A stretch of 64,000 nucleotides of DNA from Nemertoderma westbladi (Eukaryota; Animalia; Xenacoelomorpha): contig JAUCBJ010007162.1 of the NCBI GenBank assembly GCA_032718475.1, forward strand, positions 1 through 64,000, read 5' to 3'. The notes under the pieces were generated by a model. It saw nothing but the letters and a program-made list of their open reading frames with translations, ran no database searches and was not told the DNA's origin. Shown one piece after another: positions 24,333 through 36,200 of the stretch. The position numbers and the translations under genes are program-made. The stretch's first letter is position 1. Every line of letters starts with the position of its first letter.

Positions 24333-25691
24333 GTTTAGTTATACAGTTGAATGTCTACTACTATAGTTTCAGTTAAAGCAAGTCTAGTAATTCAGTATGA
24401 CCGCAAGCCTAGCGATTTATTACCGGTACCGTTACTCAGTGGAACGTGATATATATACAATATATTAGAATACCGGTATGCTTATAATATATAAGTATTA
24501 TTACAGACTAGATTTGTCACAGAGTACCGGTATATAATTTTAGCACAAATATATATATATATAGTAGGCCTATAATGAATACCGGTATACAGCTTACACT
24601 TATAGTATATAAGTATAATTCTGGACTAGAATTAATTACAGAGTACCGGTATGATTTCAGCTCAAATTTATAGAAATAAATATAATAAGCCTATGGTAAG
24701 TACCGGTATGTCAATTATTTTTAGAATAATTGAATTTCTGAATATTTTGGGGTTACTTCGTTACTTTAACTTACTTTATTACCGTTATTTAAGCAGTAGT
24801 CCAACTGACAGTGAGACCTAGTCGTTGTATGGCAGGCCTACTGTTTATAAATCGTTTGAGTTGATTTATAATAGATATATACCCGTTTAAAAGGGTTTTT
24901 GACAATGTTTGAAATAAATGTTATTATTTCTGGGGAAGTCACTACACAGAAGCTGAACGCTTCTCAGTGAAGTGCTATTTATTTGACACTAAAACTGATA
25001 ATTCTAATTTACCTAAGTTACTTAATACTACGAATTACTTACGATACGGGTGAGATTAATTCTCTAATTAAACACAACAAAATATTACGTACGAAATTTT
25101 TAGGGTAATTTTACAGGAAGTCTACAAACCAGTCCAACAAAGGGTTAGATTTCTGGCTATTACAAAGGACAGAGTACTACGGTGTTTAAATAATAAGTAG
25201 TAGTAAATATATTGTACTGTCCAGATAGGAAAATACCACCGCCTGACGACCTATAACCGTATCGCTATAGGTACTACGTTATGTATCACGGATTGTTCCT
25301 ATCCAGAAGTTAATAGAGCTAACGAATGTGCCTATCAACCACTTTACAATACAAAAATACTGCCTACACTAATTACTTCGGAAGGCACTGTACTCTAAAC
25401 CCTAAATTAGGTACAAGTACCGGTATAACAAATAATCAGTAGTTAAATATACTTGAACAGTTAAAAGAACCACGGCATCTGCTGGAGTGACCGAAGCACA
25501 AAGTCGTCAGTCTTTACCTACGCCAAGCAGCCCTGATGTAGTACCGGGGTTAGTTTAACTATAACGGTATGTATAACAAGCACAATTACTGTAGGAATAA
25601 ACTTGGGGACATGAATGTTGCGAATAATCGCATAAACTCTGAATAATAAATATTACGCTACCCGTACAGAATACTCAAACAAATACAAACC

Positions 25692-26213
25692 AAACGCTGG
25701 CAGACTACTATCAAGCCTAAACAAACTACTGTATGTGCAGATTCTGAAACTGTTAGTTAGTATGCGTGCTAACACGGTAGTACGACTTACTCTTTAAGAG
25801 GGGATTGACCTTACAGTGTTGACTGCCCCAACTTACTAACGGCACTTGATCAGACCAACTCTACACACGCAGCAATCCCTTCAGACCTAAAAATAGCTAG
25901 ACAACAATCCAGCCTACAAATATTTGAGTAATAACTATTACGGTACCTGAACAGACCACACAAACAAACACAGGCCAAAACACTGGCAGACTACGATCAA
26001 GCCTAAATAAACTACGGTATATGCAGACTCTGAAACTGTTAGTTAGTATGCGTGCTAACACGGTAGTACGACTTACTCTTTAAGAGGGGATTGACCTTAC
26101 AGTGTTGACTGCCCCAACTTACTAACGGCACTTTATCAGACAAACTCTACACACGCCGTAATCTCTCCAAACCCAACCACAGTCAGACAGCAGCTCAGCC
26201 TACAATTATCTGA
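25692..26213. repeat. ~286-bp-period direct duplication in the element B leader
   Basis: Block CTGGCAGACTAC...CAGCCTACAA is present twice, with a near-identical core. Confidence 0.9.
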
Positions 26214-26495
26214 ACAATCTGAGCAGGGTCACACGCCTTCTGCTCAATATTAGCCTACTAGTAAATAAAACTGACAGAAATAGACCTAAGTAAAATCTCA
26301 ATAAAAACCAGGCGTCCCCGATTTAATATCGAGACCTACCGGTATACAATAATCAAAATCGAATAATACTAATGTACTTGTACAGCAGTACCGGTACCGG
26401 TGATGACAGTTAGGCCTACTGACCTACAGAAGCACCGGTTCAGTTTTACCAGTCACTACGGTATTTTGCAACCTTATTGCCTACTGCAATAAGAT

Positions 26496-26699
26496 TGTAA
26501 ACCGTTACTGTTCTCCAGAACAGTATTAAACTGTATTTAATGCTTACACTTGCAACCTTATTGCCTACTGCAATAAGATTAATTATAAACTGTTACTGTT
26601 CGACAGAACAGTTAATAATTGATATAAACTGTTACTGTTCGTCAGAACAGTATTAAACTGTAGTTAATGCTTACACTGCAATACAATATAAACTGTTAC
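26496..26699 (-). promoter_or_regulatory. Element B PBS-position region: four copies of GAACA-GTAACAGTTTATA plus short hairpins; no TGG-type tRNA PBS
   Basis: 13-mer at 26687-26699, 26623-26635 and 26584-26596, with a variant at 26496-26508. Its complement lies in the LTRs at 27466-27478 and 15722-15734. Confidence 0.8.
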
Positions 26700-27966
26700 T
26701 GTTCGCGCTTTCGAAGACCTTTAGCAGTTTAACCTGCCAAAATTTATATGTCTTTTCGTTAATTAAAACCACTTTAGCATACGACAATAATTTATGCTAA
26801 TACGCAAAACATTAGCCGAAGTCAGCCCATGCGCGATCATTCACCCGATGGATCTACACCTGGGAGACTGAATTCGGATGCTTGAATTGTATTATTACAG
26901 TGTAAGGTTGCAGTGTATACCTAATGTATTATTCGATAGATCGTTAATAATTAATCTCTGACAGATATTATTGGCTTTCGGGAAATATTAACAGTTCCTT
27001 TAGGACGTGGCGCTTTATCTATTTAAACAGAACTAAGACTTATACTAAACGCAACGATACTGCTTATGATTAAAGTATAAAACGTATTCTTTAGGAAATA
27101 CTTTGTTACCAATCACAATCATACACACTATTCTGCCGACAGTCAGTACATTTGATCACACATAAAGAGAGCAGTAATTGACTCACGTAGGGTCTGCTAA
27201 ATAACATTGGATTCAATACACACCACATTAATATAAATCGCAATTGTTATATATAGCCGGTCTCTCTAACCTGTAGTGTTATCAAGAAAATTGGGAATTG
27301 GGTGATTTATCCGTATTATCCAAATAGCAATATTTCCATCAACAAATATTTACAATTAATAACTGACGGTAAAATAACAGTACAAACAATATGATTAATG
27401 AGTTAGGTTAGATGATTGATTTAAGTCAGATTTGATGAGTATGTTAATTAAGATTGATCAATTAGGTAACAGTTTATACTTTCGATAATTCAAGCAGTTT
27501 ACGGTACAGCAGTATCTATCCAAAAATGCCGGTGTTTCTGGCTTAGACAGCAATAACAACAAAGTAACAAGAAAAAACAGTAAGACTGAACACTCTCCTT
27601 ATGATCGGCAGAAAAGCTACACGTCGACAGGAAAAACCGCCCTGATTGGCCCAAGCCAAACAAAGAACCATGCGTCCAATGGCTGTTTCCATGTCAGCAA
27701 CCAGCTGCTAGATGTCGTAATATGAATCATCACGGCTAAGCTGTGAAAGGTGGTTGGTGCATTACAAGTTTTTTTGTCTTACCATGTCCGCTAAAACACG
27801 TATATAGCAGAATGATTTTTATGTCCGTTAAAACACCTGTAAAGGTACCTTGCGGGCGAGGGGAATATATATACAGTTAGAAAACCCTTTTTAGAGTATT
27901 CCAGCGCCTGGGGGGGAACTGGCCAGCATAGGCAAACGTATCAGTTATCCCACAAAAGCTTTTACA
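26700..27966 (-). repeat. Element B 5' LTR
   Basis: Direct repeat of 14956-16222; contains a minus-strand GCCAATCAG (CCAAT box) near 27642-27650. Confidence 0.97.
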
Positions 27967-28806
27967 ATCATATTTGTAAATAACGAGCAATGTGTATTTC
28001 TTATTATGAGAGTGAAATTCGATATATTAGTCGAATTTGTGTATTTTATATTTGAAGGATAATATGACTCAATATTTACCTACTTACATCGATTAATTTA
28101 CCTACCTACCATATTTGTAAATATATTAAACTCTAATATTGTTTGAAAGGTCGTTTAATACTTATTTAGTCTTACCAGAAGTGACTCAACAAACTTTATT
28201 ACTTTATATGAGGAAGTTGATCTACCCTTAATTAATTTCGTTTAATTTTAGTTAGAATGTTTAACGCATTTAATTGTATGTAGCGAGTATTTGATATCGA
28301 AGTCACCTTTGATTGTTGAAAGATTGTATATACTCTTTTCCATGCAACTTTCCGAAAAAACTCAATATTGTGTTACTCATAGAACGATTGTTGAACTTGT
28401 ACGTAATTTTAGGGAACGATTTTGCTGCACACACTAACTGCATATCGAAATCTTATATTTTTATCAGAGAATCATTCAATTTCAGTGCGTATGATAATTA
28501 TGCCTAACTCATGTTGTATACCACCGTGAACCTTGTTTTTATATGTTGCCTAGCAGCAGTTGTGGTAGTGCCGAACTCTCATTGGTAACTACCGGTGCAG
28601 GTATTCTTGCGTCCTGTTGGCCATTCTATTTTTGCTGTATCGCTTGTTTATATAGTCGATGTTCATCCCATTACTCTCAGGCATAACCTAACATCATATT
28701 AGCCTGTTGCGAGTCATGTAACTTGCAGGACTCATGATATTTCACCTTGCTGCATGCATTTTAACATCTTGCTGTATTACATTATTAAATATTATTGCTT
28801 TACTAT

Positions 28807-29108
28807 TGTTGATAAATATACAAGACAAGAGAACAAACAAACTCGATTTCCACACGGTTAGTGCTGACTGCGCCCTGTCTGTAATAGATTCGGTTCATTT
28901 TAGTGCGAGTGTGTGCGTCCATACTACTGCAATATTATTCCCCAACTAGTAACCATCATCTATTTACACTATGTATGCAGCACGAGTGAACTGTGCGCTT
29001 ACCACGCACTAAGTCCAACATAGTGTCCTACCTGTAATATATGTAAGTCACACGTACATTTACTCACCAACAACACAATATAACAGAACGGTTTACACGT
29101 AACTGTCA
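28807..29108 (-). repeat. Possible 3' LTR of the Gypsy remnant
   Basis: TG...CA bounded segment preceded on the minus strand by purine tract AAGGGAGGAAAG. No partner LTR was found. Confidence 0.35.
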
Positions 29109-29212
29109 CTTTCCTCCCTTGAAGCAGTTTATAAGCACCGAAGCTATATACTTACAGTGATTGATTGTACACTCAGTTCAGATATATATATTAGATAATA
29201 TATACATATACT

Positions 29213-29328
29213 TTCGTGAGTGTTCCTGCTATGCGGCAGGTACCCCAAGGCACTTGATTATGCTCATAAGAGTTACAGACAGACTCGTAGCAGCGAACAT
29301 GGGTTAGCCTCCCGTAAAAGCCTTGACA
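29213..29328 (+). repeat. ~115-bp interspersed repeat (second copy inverted at 45419-45534)
   Basis: TTCGTGAGT...CCTGCTATGCGGCAGGTA...GTAAAAGCCTTGACA matches the reverse complement of 45419-45534. Confidence 0.75.
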
Positions 29329-30530
29329 AAATGCATGGGGACACCAAAACTTGTAACGTCCCATTTGTGCATAGCAGTAGAGGCGGCATGGGTGAACTCC
29401 AATATTTGTAGACTTTGGACCAACTGGTGTAGCCATCCACGACGGAGTGGAAGTTGTTACCATCAGTGCGAAGAGATCTCCGGATGGCCGTGTGGCCTCA
29501 CGGTTGCATAGCTCAGGGTCCTTTGCGAGACTGGGGCATTTAATGAGGCAAGGCTCACATAACTTGACATTGGTCTGAACATCATTTGTCAGCCTGGGCC
29601 AGAACGTAGTGTCTTCTCGACTCCCTGGTGTGCATCATGACTACTACTAGTAGTAGTAGTAGTAGTACTACAATCCATTGTCCTTAGAGGATGAGGTCAC
29701 GGTTGGAGGAAAGTTCATTGTGTAGCGACCAAATGGGTTGGACACCCGAAAGTTGGAGAGATCCCAGTGGAAATCCAGAGCAAATGGCACCAAGGAGGTC
29801 GACGTAATTGGAGTGGAATAGAGAGCCCGAATGGAATAGATCGGGGTTGTCTCCATCCGGAATGAGTTCATCCCCCACAATCGTTGCAGCCACCTGTGGC
29901 ATCAAGGCACACTCATAGTGGCCCATGTCATTGACGAGATCATCCTTGGATGGATCATCAACAGGGGAATGGGATAGGGCCTCAGGAATCCTATGATTCT
30001 TCCCTTGCCTCCAGATTGTAGTAAACACAAATGAGGAAGTTTCAACTTGAGTTGTTAGATCTGCGAATTATCATTGGCATCCAACATGTGGTGGTCGAGG
30101 ATGGCTACCAGGGGGCTGGTGGTCTATCACCATTGTGAAATCTGGGAATCCCAAAAGGTAGAGATGGCTCATGTGGGCAACAGTGAGGTGCTCCAGCTCC
30201 ACCATCGCATAGCATGACTCGGTTTCTGAAACAAAATAAGAGCCACATTTTCCCAACATACAGTTGGTCCCATGCCGCTGGAGTAGCACTTATTCCAACC
30301 CATATTTCCTGGGGGCTGCAGTCATGAGCTTGGTGTCGAGCTCCAGATCAAACGAAGCAAGAATGGGTGGGAAAATGTGTGTGTGTTTGGTCGCCTTGAA
30401 TGCCCCTTGTGGTTAGAGTTATGGTCATAACTCGTATGGATTTTTGGAATGGAGGAGGGGTTGGAGTGGGGGACATAGTAGGTGAGATATCTGTCAAGAA
30501 TGGGATGAATTGCTCGACCATCCCAACAAT
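29329..30530 (-). pseudogene. Degraded Ty3/Gypsy pol remnant (RNase H to integrase)
   Basis: Fragments LLQRHG...FVSETESCYAMVELE...HLYLLGFPDFTMVIDHQP and FTTIWRQGKNHRIPEALS are Gypsy RNase H motifs. Many stops and frameshifts. Confidence 0.75.
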
Positions 30531-32018
30531 GTTACACCTTAGGTTTTACTTTCCAACTCTATCTGGAATGTTTTACTGACGTTCTGCTTACCTATACAGT
30601 ATGGAATGCATACTGTATGCATACTTACAGTATGGAATACATCATGAAATTTATTACCCATTTCACTGTTCTGTTCACCCCAGTCACTTGTCTGTCACTT
30701 GTCTCTCACACTCGCATTTCTTTCTCTCACATTAGGCTTCTCTTTTACATTCGAGATATATTTCACTCGGCCTCCCTTATATTAAGTTTTTTGAGCTCGC
30801 TTAGGATCTCAGATCTCAGCCTCCTCCACGTTTGCTTTTTCCATCTTGCGCCTACGATTTTCTATGACCCTTCTTGCTTTTGATCATGTAGCAGATCTTA
30901 TAGAGTTGGTGCTATGCATGCCCCTGGCCTGTCTTAATCCTGTCCCTTCCCCAATTTGCTAAGGTTCTTTTGCACTCACTATGTATGACCCTACAATAAC
31001 ATCACACATAATTAAATTCATATTACAAAGGCTTATTATTCCTGCCACCTGGTTAACGGCTAGTTACAGGGCTCTGTCACCCTTTCCTAGGTTATGCAAA
31101 TGTTCAAAGTACATGTATATAGTATCTATGTATATCGACACATATAGAGTATCTAATATTAGAGCTTTTATTTTACCCATTTCCTGTATTCGCCCATGGT
31201 GCGTCGCAGTCCATTTGGTGCAGGTGTGGCATTTTATCGGGTGTGCCTGGCCTGATATTCGCACTTTGTTCCCTGTTGATCGTTTGGTGCAGGATGTTCA
31301 TGTCTTCCTGGTTCGCCCCACATTGTTCCAGTATTGTCGCCTCCAGTTCTGACGTTGTGTTTCCTATAATAGAAGCGGTAGGTAGGCATAACAACCAGTG
31401 TTTTCATCCAGTATCCCACCTCGGATCTTTATTCGTTTGCATCTCTCATGCTTCCGACGAGGGAGCTGCTATGTGTAACAACTAGGGAGTTCATTTGAAG
31501 TCATCGCGGATTTCTTTCACCAAGAGTTTATAAATTTTCACTGTAAGTTATTACTTAACTCACCCGAGTTATTACTTTGCATAATACTGTTCTTTTGCGA
31601 CATAGTTTGTACTGGGCTGGAATTCCTTAGTTATTACTGTCAGGGGATCTAGGTTGGTCGACTTGTTGCGACTTGATTGGGCCTAGATACAAAGCGAGTT
31701 TGTTCTTAGCCTGTAGGTTTAAAGAAGAAAGGGGTTCTACTAGTTCTGGATAAAAACTCAGCCAGTTTCGTCTTTAACTTCTACGTATATTGTTAATAAA
31801 CAGTATTATAGTAAATATATCACATACAAATAACTAGCTAAATGTCTCCATGCCTGGCTTGTGTGGGAGTGAGACTGTGGTACCTATAATACTATAATTC
31901 AGTCTTTGTTCGTAATAACTATGGGTTTTACTGCAGAAACTACAGTCTAACAAGTGATTTACAATATCTAATGTATTTTACTATAATATATGTTTTCTAT
32001 CAGGACCTCTGTAGTTAG

Positions 32019-32492
32019 TGTATGCTATACCGGGCATAATCCGGGGTCTTTTCCCCTAATTTGGAATCTTATCCAACGGAGCGTTGCAAATAACTTGAGT
32101 TTATAAAAGGACAGTATAATAATAATATATAATAATATATAACTTGCAACAGCTCGTGAATTTAATGGCTCCTTAGGGGAGACCATTAGTTTTAGTAACA
32201 AAGTAATACAACTGCACAACTTCTATGAATAAAACCAATGAATGTTTAATATATATGAAGTATTATGCTACCAATATTAGCCCAGTAAGAATACTTAATC
32301 CCCAATATCCAATAGGAGGTCGTTTTCTTGTCCCCAGCTTACATTAATGGTTGATGCACCAGTACTGCCTGGTAGAAGGGGATAATTGGTGTTTCAAAAC
32401 AGCTGATGAGTAGGTAACAATACAGATTGGGTTTGGCATTTTCCTATAATAGGGGTTAGATGAATTGAATGTATTTTATGGAACCGAATACA
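32019..32492 (-). repeat. Element C 3' LTR
   Basis: Direct repeat of 42016-42480. Confidence 0.95.
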
Positions 32493-33284
32493 GTCCCCTA
32501 ATTTTTTGTGGTCAAGGACAAACAAAAAATTACCCAAATAAAAATAAGAACAACATGATAGAAATATACAAATTACGAAAAACTTGAAAATAATTGTGAA
32601 GGCACTTGAAGCGTACATAATATTTACTTACTGTCAAAATCGGATTCAATATAAACAAATATACTTGAAGCGTACAAACGCTACAATATCACTCTGCTAT
32701 AATATCGTATACGTAAACAGGCTTGATATATAGAATTGTACATACAATCAAATACTTCCAAAGCACTAATTAAATTTATAATCGCAATTAGTATAAATGA
32801 CCTCCTTCAACTCAAACAACAAGAATATCTAAAAACACTTTTATTTTCAATGGTGAAACATAATTAATCAATAACCATTTGGTTTAGACATACACCAGAT
32901 GACTAGGTGTTACGAAAAAAGTATGTTATATTACAGTATATAAACTGCACCAGAAATTACCTAAAGCTAGGGAGTATAATATTGGTTGTCAATTGCAAAT
33001 TTTCAACGCATAGTAATTTTGCTCAGAAAAACAAACAAGTGTTATGAATATATTATTTAATTAAATATTTAGTTATTATATTCTTATTTTATTGGAATGG
33101 AATGGAATGGGACGAACGTCTTCTTTGAGAATCAGTAGTTCTACTTACCTTTATTGATACATTCGAAACGCGAAGAACTGTCTGTGTTACAATTATGATA
33201 CTTACAGTACCACAGGAGATTTCGACGATCTTTAACAATAGCAACCATGAACCGTAACATTATTATAATTTGTTAATTACCTCA

Positions 33285-36200
33285 GTCAGAGTCAGAGTCA
33301 GAGTCAGAGTCAGAGTCAGAGTCAGAGTCAGAGTCAGAGTCAGAGTCAGAGTCAGAGTCAGAGTCAGAGTCAGAGTCAGAGTCAGAGTCAGAGTCAGAGT
33401 CAGAGTCAGAGTCAGAGTCAGAGTCAGAGTCAGAGTCAGAGTCAGAGTCAGAGTCAGAGTCAGAGTCAGAGTCAGAGTCAGAGTCAGAGTCAGAGTCAGA
33501 GTCAGAGTCAGAGTCAGAGTCAGAGTCAGAGTCAGAGTCAGAGTCAGAGTCAGAGTCAGAGTCAGAGTCAGAGTCAGAGTCAGAGTCAGAGTCAGAGTCA
33601 GAGTCAGAGTCAGAGTCAGAGTCAGAGTCAGAGTCAGAGTCAGAGTCAGAGTCAGAGTCAGAGTCAGAGTCAGAGTCAGAGTCAGAGTCAGAGTCAGAGT
33701 CAGAGTCAGAGTCAGAGTCAGAGTCAGAGTCAGAGTCAGAGTCAGAGTCAGAGTCAGAGTCAGAGTCAGAGTCAGAGTCAGAGTCAGAGTCAGAGTCAGA
33801 GTCAGAGTCAGAGTCAGAGTCAGAGTCAGAGTCAGAGTCAGAGTCAGAGTCAGAGTCAGAGTCAGAGTCAGAGTCAGAGTCAGAGTCAGAGTCAGAGTCA
33901 GAGTCAGAGTCAGAGTCAGAGTCAGAGTCAGAGTCAGAGTCAGAGTCAGAGTCAGAGTCAGAGTCAGAGTCAGAGTCAGAGTCAGAGTCAGAGTCAGAGT
34001 CAGAGTCAGAGTCAGAGTCAGAGTCAGAGTCAGAGTCAGAGTCAGAGTCAGAGTCAGAGTCAGAGTCAGAGTCAGAGTCAGAGTCAGAGTCAGAGTCAGA
34101 GTCAGAGTCAGAGTCAGAGTCAGAGTCAGAGTCAGAGTCAGAGTCGGAGTCGGAGTCGGAGTCGGAGTCGGAGTCGGAGTCGGAGTCGGAGTCGGAGTCG
34201 GAGTCGGAGTCGGAGTCGGAGTCGGAGTCGGAGTCGGAGTCGGAGTCGGAGTCGGAGTCGGAGTCGGAGTCGGAGTCGGAGTCGGAGTCGGAGTCGGAGT
34301 CGGAGTCGGAGTCGGAGTCGGAGTCGGAGTCGGAGTCGGAGTCGGAGTCGGAGTCGGAGTCAGAGTCAGAGTCAGAGTCAGAGTCAGAGTCAGAGTCAGA
34401 GTCAGAGTCAGAGTCAGAGTCAGAGTCAGAGTCAGAGTCAGAGTCAGAGTCAGAGTCAGAGTCAGAGTCAGAGTCAGAGTCAGAGTCGGAGTCGGAGTCG
34501 GAGTCGGAGTCGGAGTCGGAGTCGGAGTCGGAGTCGGAGTCGGAGTCGGAGTCGGAGTCGGAGTCGGAGTCGGAGTCGGAGTCGGAGTCGGAGTCGGAGT
34601 CGGAGTCGGAGTCGGAGTCGGAGTCGGAGTCGGAGTCGGAGTCGGAGTCGGAGTCGGAGTCGGAGTCGGAGTCGGAGTCGGAGTCGGAGTCGGAGTCGGA
34701 GTCGGAGTCGGAGTCGGAGTCGGAGTCGGAGTCGGAGTCGGAGTCGGAGTCGGAGTCGGAGTCGGAGTCGGAGTCGGAGTCGGAGTCGGAGTCGGAGTCG
34801 GAGTCGGAGTCGGAGTCGGAGTCGGAGTCGGAGTCGGAGTCGGAGTCGGAGTCGGAGTCGGAGTCGGAGTCGGAGTCGGAGTCGGAGTCGGAGTCGGAGT
34901 CGGAGTCGGAGTCGGAGTCGGAGTCGGAGTCGGAGTCGGAGTCGGAGTCGGAGTCGGAGTCGGAGTCGGAGTCGGAGTCGGAGTCGGAGTCGGAGTCGGA
35001 GTCGGAGTCGGAGTCGGAGTCGGAGTCGGAGTCGGAGTCGGAGTCGGAGTCGGAGTCGGAGTCGGAGTCGGAGTCGGAGTCGGAGTCGGAGTCGGAGTCG
35101 GAGTCGGAGTCGGAGTCGGAGTCGGAGTCGGAGTCGGAGTCGGAGTCGGAGTCGGAGTCGGAGTCGGAGTCGGAGTCGGAGTCGGAGTCGGAGTCGGAGT
35201 CGGAGTCGGAGTCGGAGTCGGAGTCGGAGTCGGAGTCGGAGTCGGAGTCGGAGTCGGAGTCGGAGTCGGAGTCGGAGTCGGAGTCGGAGTCGGAGTCGGA
35301 GTCGGAGTCGGAGTCGGAGTCGGAGTCGGAGTCGGAGTCGGAGTCGGAGTCGGAGTCGGAGTCGGAGTCGGAGTCGGAGTCGGAGTCGGAGTCGGAGTCG
35401 GAGTCGGAGTCGGAGTCGGAGTCGGAGTCGGAGTCGGAGTCGGAGTCGGAGTCGGAGTCGGAGTCGGAGTCGGAGTCGGAGTCGGAGTCGGAGTCGGAGT
35501 CGGAGTCGGAGTCGGAGTCGGAGTCGGAGTCGGAGTCGGAGTCAGGAGTCAGAGTCAGAGTCAGAGTCAGAGTCAGAGTCAGAGTCAGAGTCAGAGTCAG
35601 AGTCAGAGTCAGAGTCAGAGTCAGAGTCAGAGTCAGAGTCAGAGTCAGAGTCAGAGTCAGAGTCAGAGTCAGAGTCAGAGTCAGAGTCAGAGTCAGAGTC
35701 AGAGTCAGAGTCAGAGTCAGAGTCAGAGTCAGAGTCAGAGTCAGAGTCAGAGTCAGAGTCAGAGTCAGAGTCAGAGTCAGAGTCAGAGTCAGAGTCAGAG
35801 TCAGAGTCAGAGTCAGAGTCAGAGTCAGAGTCAGAGTCAGAGTCAGAGTCAGAGTCAGAGTCAGAGTCAGAGTCAGAGTCAGAGTCAGAGTCAGAGTCAG
35901 AGTCAGAGTCAGAGTCAGAGTCAGAGTCAGAGTCAGAGTCAGAGTCAGGGTCAGGGTCAGGGTCAGGGTCAGGGTCAGGGTCAGGGTCAGGGTCAGGGTC
36001 AGGGTCAGGGTCAGGGTCAGGGTCAGGGTCAGGGTCAGGGTCAGGGTCAGGGTCAGGGTCAGGGTCAGGGTCAGGGTCAGGGTCAGGGTCAGGGTCAGGG
36101 TCAGGGTCAGGGTCAGGGTCAGGGTCAGGGTCAGGGTCAGGGTCAGGGTCAGGGTCAGGGTCAGGGTCAGGGTCAGGGTCAGGGTCAGGGTCAGGGTCAG

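Larger units (their letters stand above)
14956..27966 (-). mobile_element. Element B: full-length, very young non-autonomous BEL/Pao-derived LTR retrotransposon (13.0 kb)
   Basis: Two 1267-bp TG...CA LTRs with only 2 differences seen (15117/26861 and 15927/27671, both C/T at CpG). 5-bp TSD ATCAT at 14951-14955 and 27967-27971. Short purine tract GGGAGCGG before the 3' LTR. Confidence 0.97.

Noticed and set aside
27972-28800. 3' LTR of element A beyond the B insertion
   Set aside because: No partner LTR in the window and no clear PPT/TG boundary, so it cannot be supported.
30660-32010. Possible further decayed gag-like remnant into which element C inserted
   Set aside because: Only short minus-strand ORFs with no diagnostic motif and no definable ends.
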